From assembly GCA_009914755.4 (NCBI GenBank), contig CP068257.2:18944001-19008000 (forward strand): DNA of 64,000 nt. Direction: 5' to 3'. This stretch comes from the human T2T-CHM13v2.0 reference genome, Homo sapiens. The number at the start of each line of letters is the position of its first letter. Positions within the stretch are counted from its first letter, which is position 1. Of this stretch, positions 41,003-55,957 are shown piece by piece. The translations under genes were made by a program, and so were the position numbers. The notes beneath the pieces were generated by a model. The model had not been told where the DNA came from. It saw only the letters and a list, made by a program, of their open reading frames with translations, and ran no database searches.

Positions 41003-43082
41003 TGTGTCAACATTGGGAATTACAACTGAATATGAGATGAGATTTTGATGGGAACAAAAATCCAAACCATACCATTCCACCCCAGCCATTCCCAAATCTC
41101 ATGTCCTCTTCACATTTCAAAATACAGTCATGTCTTCCCAACATTCCCCCTAAGTCTTAGCTTATTTTAGCATTAACTGAAAAGTCCACAGTCGAAAGTC
41201 TAATCTGACACAAGGCAAGTCCCTTCTGCCTATGAGCCTGTGAAACCAAAAACAAGTTAGTTACCTGGAGGTATAGTCATTGGGTAAATACTTCTCTTCA
41301 AAAAGGAGAAATTGGCCAAAAGAAAGGGGCTACAAGCCCCATGCAAGTCCAAAACTCAAAAGGGCAGTCATTAAACCTCAAAGCTCAATAATCTCCTTTG
41401 ATTTTATGTCTCACAGCCAGGGCACCCTGGTGCAAGAGGCAGGTTCCCAAGGTCTTAGACAGCAGAGCTCTATGGCTTTGTAGGGTTATGTCTCCTGCAG
41501 CTGCTTTCATAGGCTGGCATTGAGTGCCTGCAGCTTTTCCAGGCTCAGAATACAAGTTACCAGTGGATCTACATTTCCGGGGTCTGGAGGACTTAGCTCT
41601 CTTCTCACAGCTCCACAAGGCTGTTCCAAAGTGGGGATTCTATGTGGGGGCTCTAACTCCACATTTCCCCTCAGCAGTGCCTTACTAGGGGATTTCCATG
41701 AGGGTTCTGCCCCACAGAGGCTTCTGTTTGGACATCCAGTGTTTTCCATAGATCATCTGAAATCTAAACAAAGGCCCCCAAGCCTTAACTCTTCCATTTT
41801 GCACACCTGCAGACTTACCCTGACATAGAAGCCACCAAGGCTTACAGCTTGCACCCTCCAAAGCAGTGACCCAAGCTGTACCTGGACCCCTTTTAGCCAC
41901 AGCAGGAGCTAGAGTGGCTGGAATTCAGGGAGCATTTTATGCAGTTGCACAGGGCAGCAGGACCCTGGGCCTGGCCCAGCAAACCATTCAGTCCTCCTAG
42001 GCCTCCAGGTATGTGATGAGAGGGGCTGCTGCAAAGGTCTCTGAAATGCCTTCAAGGCCTTCTCCCCATTGTCTCATCTTGGCTAACAGCACTTGCCTTC
42101 CTTTCAGTTATGTAAATTTCTGCAGCCAGTTTGCATTGCTCCCCTGAAAATGGACTTTTCTTTTCTACCACATGGCCAGGCTGCAAATTTTCCAAACTTT
42201 TATACTCTGCTTCCCTTTTAAATATAAGTACTAGTTTCAGGTCATTGCTTATGCTTATGAAACAGGTTGCTAGAAGCAGCCAGGCCACATCTTGAAATCT
42301 TTTAGAAGTTTCTTCCACCAGATACCCTGAATCATCACTCTCAAGTTCAAAGTTTCACAAATCCCTAGAGCAGGGGCATAATGCAGTCAAGTTCTTTGCT
42401 AAGACATAGCAAAAGTGACCTTTACTTTAGTTCCAATAAGTTACTCATTTCCATCTGAGACCTCCTCAGCTTGACCACCTCTGTCCATATCATTATCAGC
42501 ATTTTAGTCACAACCATTCAACAAGATTTTTAGGAAGTTCCAAACCTTCCCTCATCTTCCTGTATTCTTCTGAGCCCTCCACACTCTTCCAACCTCTGCC
42601 TGTTACCCAGTTCTAAAGCTGCTTCCACATTTTCAGGTATCTTTATAGCAATGCCCACTTCTCTGTACCAATTTTCTGTATTAGTCCATTCTTGCATTGC
42701 TATAAGGAAATACCTGACACTGAGAGGTTTAATTGGTTCATGGTTCCGTATGGCTGTACAGAAAGCATGATGCTGGCATCTACTCCTCTTCTGGGGAGAT
42801 CTTAAACAACTTATAATCATGATGGAAAGCAAAGTGGAAGCAAGATGTCTCATACAGTATGAGCAAGAGAAAGAGAGAGGGGGTGGAGATGCCACACACT
42901 TTTAAACAACCAGATTTCATGATAACTCTATCATGAGCACAGCACCAAAAGGATGGTGCCAAATCATTCATGAAGGATCCACCCTCATGATTCAATCACC
43001 TCCCACCAGACCCCACCTCCAACATTTAGGATTACAATTTAACATGAGATTTGGAAGGGGCAACAGATCCAAACCATATCAC
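41003..43082 (-). mobile_element. MaLR THE1/MST-class element, minus strand: 70-bp 3'-LTR stub 41003-41070, internal 41071-42676, 5' LTR 42677-43082
   Basis: The internal region is the reverse complement of the homologous internal region of the 31868-33492 element (e.g. ggcagaagggacttgcct...gactttcgactgtggacttttcagttaatgctaaaataagctaagactt...; shared peptide ...YRPHASPK...AVIKP... in the ORF track on opposite strands). The LTR reads tgtattagtccattcttgcattgctataag...ccaaaccatatca as a reverse complement. Confidence 0.8.
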
Positions 43083-43160
43083 CATATTACAAATACCTTG
43101 AAAACAATACATATTCAATAAGTATTTGTTATTGAATTTCCAAGTATTTTGCTTAGAGAG

Positions 43161-43546
43161 TGTATTCATTCTTGCATTGCTATAAATTACTTGATAATTA
43201 CTGGGTAATTTATAAAGGAAAAAGGTCTAACTGGCTCAAAGTTCCACAGGCTGTACAGAAAGCATGGCCGGGGAGGCCTCAGGAAACTTACAATCATGGT
43301 GTGAAGAGGAAGGAAGCACATCTTAGGTGGTGAGAGCAGGAGAAAGAGAGTGAAGGGGGAGGTGCTACACACTTTTAAACAACCAGATCTCATGAGAACT
43401 CTATCACAAGACAGCACTAGGAGGATGGTGCTAAATCTTTAAAAACTACACCATGATCCAATCACCTCCCACCGGGCCCCACCTCCAACACTGAGGATTA
43501 CAATTTAACATGAGATTTCGGTGGGAACAGAGCCAAACCATTTCAG
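43161..43546 (-). mobile_element. Additional MaLR (MST/THE1-class) LTR, minus strand, adjacent to the previous element
   Basis: tgtattcattcttgcattgctataaattacttgataattactgggtaatttataaaggaaaaaggtctaactggctcaaagttccacaggctgtacagaaagcatggc...ccaaaccatttca. Confidence 0.8.
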
Positions 43547-45604
43547 AGAGGAAACGAACACCACTCACCCGCCACTGTTGCTACTTCTACTTGCTTTTTA
43601 TTTTATGAAACTAGAGGAATATTTCAGCCTCTAATTGAACTGAGACATCCCAAAGAATATCAGAAGTATAATAATAAAAATTTTGAAATACTCCTAAGTT
43701 TCTTATGTTGTATATGCAAATTACTATTCCTTTTGGATTTAATTCTATCATATAATTTATTTATTGCACTACCCCATTACCTTCCAATGGGCTAATCAGA
43801 TGATTTGGCACTTCTTACATGTAAACTCAGTATTTCTTTGTAAACAAAGCCAACAAAACATATAGTGTATTAGAAACCCCTGATGTAAATGTTTTCATTG
43901 ACATTCTTTTTTTTATTTTTATTTATTTCCATTTTATTTTGGTATCAGAGTCAAGTTTTTCTCCTACTCTTAGATCCAGTCAGGCTTCCATTGCATAAAC
44001 AGGCCCTAAGCAGTGTGAATTCATTAGTTTTTTTTTTTAAACTATAAATAGGTATCTTTCTCTCTTATGTTAACTTCTAAAATATTTTAATAGTTCTATT
44101 CATATGCTATAGGTACATTATTGTTACATAATTTGATGAATTGGATTTTCTATCTCTGTGTTTCTTATTTCATAGTTGTAAATGCCAAATAGTTTTTTAT
44201 TTATACCAGAGGACTGCACATTTTGCTGTGCTGACATATATCTCTTTTGGATTACAAATATATTTGAGCATGACTCACTGAGGAGCAAGAGCAACTTATA
44301 GAAGGAAGACAAAACAAAGCAGAGTATATGGTGATATCAAGGAAAGCATATGAAACATAAAGATTCACCAAAGTAATCAGAAGAGAAAAGAGGAGAGATA
44401 CTAGAAGGCTATGTACACAAGGAAAAGACAAAGAGGAAGGTTACCCTAAGGGAAAGGAAGAACGATAAAAGTTGGAGAAATTATATATTTATGTAAGATC
44501 TCCAAAAAGGACTCTTAATGTTTCTGCTAATAACCAACATTTATTACATATCATCCAAATTCAACTCAAATTTACATGATCCCATTTAAAACAGATCTTC
44601 AATAATGAATAAGTGAGTTTCAATATAATTAACTCAAGAGCTTTAAGTTAAGAAGTTTTTATGTATCTTCTGCTGATTGACACGTCTCATGAAAATAATG
44701 AATGTGTACCAGGAATGCCTCATAAGTCTGTTGATTTTTTTTAAACTCAAGGTGTCATCAGAGTAAAGTTTAGTTTTTTTTTTTTAAGAAGTAGTTTGAC
44801 TCTAGATAATCTTTTATTTTTTGTTTGTAATAGTCTAAAAGCAGAACAGACCACCTTGAGCCAACTGTGAGCCACAAGGGACCTATCAGAATCTATTAGT
44901 AGCAATCACTATTTCAAATTTGAGAAGAGTGATCAGTTTTTACATTTTAAGTGCATATAATTTATATGTCAAGAGATGAATTGAAAGAGAATATTCTTTA
45001 TCCACTATAAAATAAATAAAATAAGGGAATGTGGGTTAGTGTGTTCTTTATAAAAGCTAAACATTTAAATTAACCTTTCCATTTCAAATAAGACTAATGT
45101 TTGAAAGCTTGCATTTTTAATGATGCTACCAAAAATGTAATAGCGTCTCAGCTACATCACACCTAGCGCATTTAATTTCAGCCAATCTCATTATGGATGG
45201 ATAGAGGTAAGAGGTTTATGGAAGTGACTGCCTGAATCGGCCTTAAAGAAACAAAATGCAAATTTACACAAGTAAAATCTCAGCACACATATATGGAAAA
45301 ATGCAACTCTAAAACTCGGTACCTGAATTTAATGCCAACATGATTGCCAACTCTTCCTGGTATTTTTAAAAGGATCGATGTTAGGTCCATGTAAAAAAAA
45401 AAATAGTCAAATAAGGGTTTTCTCAGTCAACTTAGCATTTCCTCGTCCCTTCCTACGGTAGGTAACAATTGTGAAAAAGCACATGCATAGTCAATACATA
45501 AACAGAAAATCATCATTTCACTCTATGTTTATATACAGAGACATACATGGTGGGGACATCATGTAATCCGGTTCTAACATTGTCATTTAAATCGCGTAAC
45601 ATTA

Positions 45605-45660
45605 ATCGCTTCTCGGCCTTTTGGCTAAGACCGAACGTAGTATCTGTTCTTATCCGTGAA
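45605..45660 (+). pseudogene. U2 snRNA pseudogene fragment (first ~50-55 nt of U2)
   Basis: atcgcttctcggccttttggctaagaccgaacgtagtatctgttcttatc versus U2 ATCGCTTCTCGGCCTTTTGGCTAAGATCAAGTGTAGTATCTGTTCTTATC. Similarity is lost downstream. Confidence 0.75.
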
Positions 45661-45882
45661 TCCAGTAGCATTCACTGAGACATTTGGCTCAGATCTGACA
45701 TCTTATGGTCAATCTTCTATTTGCTACAGCAATTTTCCTACTCAAACTATGAGGTCTCTTCAAATCCCACTCTTTGCCTATGTCTCCCTAACTTAGGGAT
45801 CTTTTGATTTCAGGTAACAGAATAATTATTAAAAAGAGAGTTAAAGAAGAGAGGTTTACTTTTACGTTTAATAATAAGTTCA

Positions 45883-46180
<298 letters not shown>

Positions 46181-46629
46181 GTAGTATAGGAGCAACTCGT
46201 TCTACAATTAACTCATTAAAATGACAATGTCAAGGCTCTGGGTGACTTCACTGTTCTGGTCGTCTCCTTGTGTCTACGAGTTGGATGTTATAGTTTCAAA
46301 TATTATCTAATCTCATAATGATAGGACCTGAAGAGCCTCTACCGTGAGGACATGATTAAGACACAATAAGTTATGTTTAATAAGTATCCCATAGTCTTTT
46401 ATCTATTATACACCACTACAGATGTATTATTTTACCTATTTCTCTAAAACATGAAATTACTTATTAGGAAAATGTAAAAGTAAAAATCACACAGAAAGAC
46501 CTCATAAGTCCTATGAAAATGGCCAAAGTTGGAAATACAGACCTTGAAAAAAATGAACACAGATATATGCAAAAAGTGGGGGAGAGAACACTCATACTTA
46601 AAGGCTTATAGAATAAATGTTTTTCATAG

Positions 46630-46790
46630 TAGCCCAAATGACATAACCCAAATATCCATCCATCAACAGGACGAGACAAAGGATAAATTGAGTTATATAC
46701 AAATACATTTGTGCACATGTACCCTAAAACTTAAAGTATAATAAAAAATAAAATAAAATAAAAAATAAAATTGAGACTTACCATTTGAAA
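46630..46790 (+). mobile_element. L1 3'-end fragment (diverged ORF2 C-terminal remnant plus canonical tail)
   Basis: ...tgtgcacatgtaccctaaaacttaaagtataataaaaaataaaat is the canonical L1 3' terminus. The upstream part is only weakly ORF2-like. Confidence 0.55.
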
Positions 46791-47227
46791 AAAAAAAAGG
46801 AATTAGAGGACAAGTCTATTCCAAATATACTAAGTAACATTTATGAAAATCTTATGTAACCCAATTCTGAGCAATGTATGATTCCCTTTTCTCTTTCGTA
46901 AAACTAAATGAAAGCTAAAAAAAAAAATACATTGGAATACTACTGAATCATCAAAGGCGGGGAAACACTACTTACTTACTTTATTTCCAACAACCTGGGT
47001 GATTCTAAACAACATCTGAGCAAAAATTGCTAGAGGCAAAAAAAAAAAAATACATGCTGCATGATTTTATCCATGGGAAGTAAAAAGGTAGGATTGAAAA
47101 ACAAATAATACTTGGTTAGGGGATTGTGAAAGTAAAGATTGACTGGGAAAAGGCGTAAGAGGTCTTTCCATCTGAGATGATCTAACTCATATATCTGATA
47201 CCAGGGTGGGTCATTCAGGTATGTGCA

Positions 47228-47345
47228 AATATAAAAAAGTGATGTCTCACTATGTTGCCCAGGCTGACCTTGAACACTTAGGCTCAAGCAATCCTCCTGC
47301 CTCAGCCCCCCAAGTAGCTGGGATTACAGGCATGACCCTACCTGG
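47228..47345 (-). mobile_element. Partial Alu (left-monomer portion), minus strand
   Basis: gtgatgtctcactatgttgcccaggctgaccttgaacacttaggctcaagcaatcctcctgcctcagccccccaagtagctgggattacaggcatgaccctacctggc. Confidence 0.75.
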
Positions 47346-48989
47346 CTGTAAATTTCACCCTAACTACGGTAATGTAAATATACATACACACACAGACACA
47401 CACACACGCACTCATATAGCTACAGAACTGTAATTTTCCTAAAGATATTCTATGCATTTTTTTGACATTAGACATACGTTGGTTGAGGTAGGCTGTAAAC
47501 AATATCTTGTGTTACCTAAAGTAAAACAGGGAGTTTCAATATGAGTCAAAAAAAAAAAAGTTAAGGGCTATACAAAAGTTTTTCCTGCAAACAAAATGGA
47601 AAATGTCTCTGAACTTCAGTGTTATTTCAGATCTGCTGCAGGATATGCAGAAAGCTTTCCGCCATCTTAGCTAATAACTAACAACTTATCATATCTAACA
47701 AAAGCTACCTGCCGTGGGTACAATTTGTTCATAAATATTTTTGATAATTCATGTTTTTATTCTATTAAATTGTATTCATTGGACATTTTGTCCTATTGTA
47801 ATTAACAGATATGAATATGTAATTAGGATAGGAAAACATTAGTGAGCAACCCATGATTAAACTTAAACAATCCACAATATAACGTGAAAAGTGACTGATT
47901 TTGATACCAGAATTGTCTTCCTATTATCAATCTGTATCATATTATAATTGCTTCATGTAACAAAATTTTAAAATAAAAATTGAGGTAACTTCAAAAATTA
48001 ATTCAACATTATATTAACAATATAGAAACTTGATTTATTTGTATAATACTTAGACATATTTTAGCAAAGGTTTATCTATGGTTGAGGGAGACACAGTATT
48101 TTTAGACAACTTTAGAAAACAAGAAAGTAATCCATTTATAATGATTCTCACTACTAAATCAAATGCTTATATTGTTCTACCTGTAAAGTATATACTGTCT
48201 CATTTTAACAACTTGCCTTTAATTTAATGAGCCTGTATACATTTAATTGAAAAGTACATAACATTTTTTCCATACACATAATAGTTTTTTAAAAAAGAAA
48301 GTCTAGATAAAATCCACTATGACTCAAATTCTTTCTCCCTCCTCATTGCAGTATTTTCACATTTGTTCTCTATTTTTCTTTCAGTTTCAAACAATTAATC
48401 CATATGAAGATTAAACATAGAAACATGATGAAAGATTATAGAGAGAAGCAAAATAACTTTAAAGACAATAAAATCAGATAATTTAATTAATGTACTTTAT
48501 TAAATATATGACTTGTTTTAAATTTACCTTCTCATTTTAAGAGAATAAAAATAAACATGTTCTCAAATTCTCCAAAAATATTTAATCCAAAATATTTTTC
48601 TCTGCTTCATTTATCAATGTACCTTAAACAAGCGTAACATTTATTTTATCAGTGTGTAGGAGTAGTTATCTATTGTCTAATGGTGTTATTAAAAAGATCC
48701 ATAATTTTCTTAGAAAAATCATCCACTAGGTGATATCCTTACATGTTCTTGTAACATTTTGTAAGATTTTAAACAAATATTTCATATAGAATTTATTATA
48801 CTATATTTATGTCACCTATTTACTTTTATATTTTTTCTACTAAATTACAAAGTTCCTAAATCTAGGAACTATAGCTCTTTCATTACTGTATTATCAATAA
48901 CATAGGTAATAATGTAACTGCCCAACGGGTTCATTTTGCCCACTATCCAGACAGAAATTGCAGTGGAAAAAGAGTAATTCATGCAGAGC

Positions 48990-49660
48990 CAGCTGAACAA
49001 GAGGCCAGAGTTTTATTATGACTCAAATCAGTCTCCCTGAAAATTCAGAGTGGGGTTTTTAAGAATAATTTGGTGGGCAGGGGATCGGGAAGTGGGGAGT
49101 GCTGATTGGTTGGTTTGATTTATAGGGAGCCAAAGCTGATCTCTTGCATTGAGTCAGTCCTTTCCTGGACGGGGACCATGAGACCAGGTGAGCCAGTTTA
49201 TCGATCTTGGTGGTGCCAGCTTATCCATCAATTGCAGGGCCTGAAAAATATTTCCGGCACCAGTCTTAGGTTTTCCAACAGTGGTGTTTTCCCTAGGAGA
49301 TATTGGGGAAGTTTGCAATCTTGAGGTCTCTATCTTCATGACTCCTAAACCGTAATTTCTAATCTTGTGGCTAACTTGTTAGTCTTACAAAGGTAGTCTG
49401 ATCCTCAGGCAAGAAGGGGGATTGTTTCAGAAAGGGGATGGTATCATCTTTGTTTCAAAGTTAAACAATAAACTAAGTTCCTCTCAAAGTCAGTCTGGCA
49501 TACACCCAGGAATAAACAAGGACAGCTCGGAGGTTAGAAGCAAGATGGGGTTGGTTAGGTTAGATCTCTGTCACTGTCATAATTTTCTCACTGTTATAAC
49601 TTTTGCAAAGGCAGTTTCAATAGCCAATAAATCTTTGGTGATTAGGAAGTATCCTTTACT
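48990..49660. repeat. Unclassified LTR/ERV-like segment with relatively preserved CpGs
   Basis: The sequence is richer in GC than its surroundings and retains CpGs (gatcggg, ggacgggg, atcgatc, ttccggc, accgtaa, gctcgga). I do not recognise it as any known family. Short ORFs lie on both strands. Confidence 0.25.
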
Positions 49661-50650
49661 CAAAACATTTTCTAGTCACCAAAATTTTCTTTTTTTAACT
49701 TAATTTGGTAATCTTAGTTCAAATATTATCAATTTTTATTTGAGTTCACGTTTGCTAGTTTATAAAATAAATAACCTGAAAGTTTAAAGTACTGTCAGTT
49801 TTGTAGTGCTTTTCTTTCTTCTAACATACTTCTTTTTCTAACATCTTGAGGTAAATAAAAACAGAAGTAAAAATGGACATCTTTAATAAGTATATGGTGA
49901 TGGAGGAAAAAAAGGATCTTTTCAAATATGTATAAATTTGGGGAGAAGCGGCTTTTGTAAGGCTAATTTACTGAGTTAGAAAGTTGAGGGTACACAGTAA
50001 CTGGGGGAAACAGAAGTTTGTGATGGAGAAATAGGAGATTACCAAAGATGAACATCTTCTACTTGATATTTTTCCCAGGAAATGGGAGGCTGTTCTCATT
50101 TCCTTCTACCTCTTTTACTTCTTGACTGACTCACTACATATATATGTAGATTTGTTTCCTCATATCCATTTGTTTTTCATTTTTTACAATGAAGCTCAGT
50201 CCAAATTCTAGCTACTATACATGCTTTAATATTGTAAAAGAGGATACATAAATCTAAACTCCCACAAAGATTGTTAAAAGTATGCGTGTTTCAATACCAC
50301 ATTTTCAAATTTAATGTGGTATTTCTTTCAGGGCTTCCCTGAAACTGATTTTCATATCTGGCTGCTCATTCCTATAGCCTAGAGAGATTTTAAAATACAC
50401 AGAGTCACACATCTGTGTATATATTTAAAGCACTCCCGGTGATTCGAACGCATAGCTATAGAAGGAGCTACTGCCGAATATTGACTAAAACAATTGATGC
50501 GCTTAGTGAACCTTCCATATATAACAGATAATGTCTTCAAAATCAGGCAAGAAAATGATGTGTTAGAATATTTTCCATATATAAGCTGAGATACAAGTGT
50601 TTACCATGTTTACCCAAAAAGAAGAGTAAAAATATCAATTTCCAAGATGA

Positions 50651-51009
<359 letters not shown>

Positions 51010-51374
51010 TTGCTTCCTCTTTTTTTAAAAAAGTTTACTTTTAAAATCAAAGATATTATATTTGCCCTCTTCCCTCTCTATTTTTTCTTCTGCCATAACA
51101 CAGCACAGGAGCTACCAGACCAACAATCTATTTTTACTTTTCTATTTGTAGAATCCTTTAAAAGAAAGCATGACCCATAAGAAAAGTGGTACTTAATGTG
51201 GCACAGCAATTCTTTTAATAAATGCAATACTTGTGTTCAGTAACTTAAATTTGAAAAATAAGTTTTATTTTGAAATGTCTTAAATAGGAAATTAATTTGT
51301 TAAGTTTAAGTTCCAAAAAAACAGAAATCAGTAAGAAAAAACTGCTTATAATAATGAATGCAACACTGAAATGC

Positions 51375-51430
51375 ATGTATCTATCTATCTATATATACAC
51401 ACACACAAACACACATATATATATATTTAA
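51375..51430. repeat. (TCTA)n / (CA)n / (TA)n compound microsatellite
   Basis: atctatctatctatatatacacacacacaaacacacatatatatatattta. Confidence 0.85.
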
Positions 51431-53799
51431 TTTAATATACACTTTTGTTTTCCACAGGGAAAAGGTGATTGATATCTCAGTTTGGCCTAGAAAGTTATTT
51501 TTTTATGTCCTATTCTGGGAAAAGACCAAGCCAGACCGGTTTACCTCAGAAATAGGTAATATATGTATCTTAGCGGAATATCTAAGATGACCTTAATTGG
51601 TGCTGGTTTGCAATGTGATTCGTGCTTCTTTATACATTATACAAAAATTGTTTAGTTTTCTAGGAAACATACTGTCTCAATAGTTTGATTTTATTTTCTA
51701 TAAAGAAATTATGAATTCCAGAAAATTTCAGGTTTTAAAGACATTTCTGAACTTAGGTTGAGACCACCTGCTTACCTCAGGAAATATTGACTTTTAGGAC
51801 AAACAGATTCACATAATCTATGAGCCACTGTTTCAGGAAGCTTCTGCTTCTCTGGCTTTCCATTTCCCTGTGGAGAGTCTTCATCTCAAGTAACACACCT
51901 GCCTCTCTCTTACCTCTCAGCCTCTGCTCTCTCTAGGAGGTGACCCGTGGTGAGCTTGAGAAGAAGAAAAAAATCTGAGCACATCTGGTTCTCTCCTCTA
52001 CTCTTTAAAATTTTATCTGGCTGAAAAAAGAATACATTCTGGTTTATCCTTTAAGATAATCTCATCAGGGCAGCTTCTCTTCCCTTGTATACGTGGGATA
52101 GTGTGGGTGGAAATTCATGTAATGAATGGGGCTCCGGAGGAGAGGTCTGAATTGTCTACCTATGCCAATAACAAGGTCAAATACATGTTTATTCTTGTGA
52201 TAAAATACTGTCAAGCTGTTTTGACTGAAATGTAAAACGATGTTTAAAATTAGTTTACATATAACTGAGCTAACATTTTGATCTCTATTTTCTAGTCCTG
52301 TCTCTAACCCTTGATTTGTTCTGAAATGTGGAAATGAACAGATAAATCTTATTTAATGGCCTTCCTGAGACCTTAACATTTTGGCACATTAACCATTGAA
52401 GTAGATGATAAGGAGTGAGATTTGGGGAACAGTTTTATATACAGAGATACAGGATCCTAGCCCATCACCGGAGGTGGTTCTGAACATATGCCTTATAGGT
52501 TTGAGCATGGTGAGTTATAGTTAGTTTCTACTACTTGCTGATGATTTTAATAATTGCTTGAATGGTTTTAATTGCAGGGAGGCAGTATCTGGATGAGCAA
52601 ATACCAACTGCTTTGGTAAGAATACACAAATCTGATTTAGACCACACCTAGTCATTTGTTACTCAAACAGATTCAACTATAAGGAAGAGAGAGTGTTTAT
52701 ATATCTAAGCCTCTAGGTATCTGTGGACTTAGTTTCTCAGCCAGGAGCTCAAAAACACGTTCCATTTTGGAGTTTCTTACAGTATGGGCAAGTGCATTCA
52801 AACAAGCAGCCCCCAAACTGCTTATTCTTTATATTAATTTGAACTGTTTCCGGGGCCTGTTTTGGGCTAAATGCTTATATCACCTCAAAATTTGTAGGTT
52901 GTAGCCCTACCCCCAGTGTGATGGTAATTAGGAGGTGGAATATTTGCACGGTGATTAGGTTATGAATGTGTGTGGTGGGGGTCATGGTGGAATTAGTGGC
53001 CTTATGAAAAGTGGAAAACACATCAGAGCCCACTCTCCCAACTTTCACTAAAGAAAGGTCATATGAGCATACAGTGAGAAGTCGGCCAACTGGAAGCCAG
53101 GAAGAGATACCTCACCAGAGCCTGACCATGTTGGCACACTGCACTTTGGATTTCCAGCCTCCAGAACTGCAGTGAGAAAATAAATATCTATTGTTTAAGA
53201 CACCTACTCTATGTCAGTTTGTTATAGTAGCACAAGGAGGCTAACACAGGGCCAAAAGAAGGAACTGTGAATAAGCTAGCCTCCTGGGTCCATGTGACTT
53301 TTTGGTAGGCGACAGACTGTTCTCTAGTTAACTAACTACATAAACTCTGAATATGGCTTTAAGAAGCAGACATCAAAACTCTTTCATCACCCATGAAAGG
53401 GAAAGGTCACACATTTTATAAGCAGAAAAAAAAATTAAAGAAATAGAGCATGTGATATTATTTAGTTGAAGTACACAAATAACTTGTTGAAATTACTGTA
53501 AATTAAAGACTTAAACATTTTCAGACATATCTATAATAATGTGAAAATCAGTTTTGCTCAAGAAATTAAGAAAATCTTGGGGTAATTTGAATAAAAAAGT
53601 TGATTATTAAGGTCAAAAATGAAAGAAAGAAATAATAAAATTAAAATAAAATACTGTTGTATACTATTCACTTGGCTTAAATGAAGATATCTGAGCATGT
53701 ATAGTGTTGGAATGGCTGTGGATAAAGAATTTTCACAAATTACTGTTGAATGTGTCAATCGATAAAACTACTTTGAAACCAACAACTTGGATTTATATT

Positions 53800-54010
53800 G
53801 TAAGATTAAACAGATATATAAAGATACATATATCTATATATGTATATATGAATCTATATATATAGACAGATCTTATGATACAATAATTTCATACTTCTGT
53901 TTACCCAAGAGAATCTTTTTTATATATAAATCTTTTTTATATATATAAAAGTTTATATATAATTTGTATAAATGCATATATATCTTTAATATGCCTATAT
54001 ATGTTTGTGT
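53800..54010. repeat. AT-rich (TA)n-type low-complexity tract
   Basis: Repeated tatatata/atatatgt blocks. Confidence 0.75.
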
Positions 54011-55154
54011 ATATATATGCCTGGAGCCATTTAAAGAATATGGTTCCTGATTGTTATAATGATATACTCAATATGTTCAAACTAACCAAGACACTAATCC
54101 AATGGAGAATGAGTAAACATATTACAAAAAAGTCACACAATTAAATATCACACAAGAGTAAAAATGAAGGGACTATGTAAATAAATATAGGTAACAAATA
54201 CTGAGTCAAGAAAGCCAGTCCCAGAAGACCATAGGGGACAATTTTATATAAAATTCAAATATAAGTAAAATATTACATTTTAGGTAAATATATATAGAGA
54301 GAGATAAAACATACAGAAAGATGTGATAAACCCCAAAGTCAAAGTAGGAATTAATTCTATCAGTGATAAAATAGAGAAGTGCTAAAAAAAATTGTTTAAT
54401 GATACTTAAATCATCAGGCTGGCTTTATTCAGGACCATTGTAATAGGTATAGAGATAACTGCAATGGGATTTTCCAGTGGGAAAGAGAGATTGGGCTTAA
54501 CTCCGAATACAGCATGGGGAAGTGGGAATTTATAGCCAAGGAGCAGGGTGGGGGTTAGTGGATAGAAAATCACTAACAGGAAACATCGGGAATAAAGGGG
54601 ATTCTGGCTAAACAGACCTTAAGGATTTTGATGTCACTTGAGAGATGGTAGAGAATGACAAATCTGATCAGATATTGAGGGTGATCTGATATCAAAGATA
54701 GAAGGTTCTTGGTAAACTGACTTAGCAGGGTTCTTTGCTAAAACTGGATTTTACAAGGAGGTTCATAGACTGGCCTATAAGAAAGTGCAGGAGCATGACT
54801 AAAGCTTGGCCAAAGACTCCTTTGTCATTAGGAATGTACAGATAGGAGTTGTTGGCATTCACTACTCCTTATCTTTGGCAATGTGTTCGTGGATGTTCAT
54901 CATATTATTAAAATAAATATTTTAAAATAAATTAATAATAAAAGCCCCCACATGAAGTTAATGTGTAATAAATTAAATAATTTTAATCAGTTCAGGTTTT
55001 TGCACTTGAATGCCAAAAAGTAGGCGTTTCAGTAAACTTATAAACAAAAAGAAACCAAAAAAAAAGGAAGAGTTGCAATTAGCTAGGCAGAAGTTGGATG
55101 AAGCAATGATAAATGAGGAGTGTTCCACATGAAGAGAACATTTGACTAAAAAAT

Positions 55155-55490
<336 letters not shown>

Positions 55491-55957
55491 ATGCCTCAGC
55501 TTCTGTGTGTCAGACACTACCTTATATACATTACATATATCACATACATTATACACATACATTATATGTATACATTATATATATTATATGGATAATATGT
55601 ATAAACACACCCACACATATATAAACTCACACTTCTCGCAACAACCTTTTCTTCATTTTACCTAAGCAAATTTTCACATAGAAAGGTCACATAACTAGGA
55701 AATGGAAAAGTACATGCACTTCACCAATACACCATTTTGTGAGTGCCAGAATGTGCAATGGAAGAAAGTCCTAGCCAAGGAACAAAGAAAAAGTAGAAGG
55801 AAAGAAAGTACTAATACCCAGAAAATTGTGCTAGCCCTCCACAAAGACACAAATGAGAAACAGATTCAAATCTAAAACCTTGACCAAACTCTCTCTCCTA
55901 AAATAATTAGGCAAGGAACAGAAGACGAGCAAAAGAGAAAGATAAGAGTCTGCCCCC

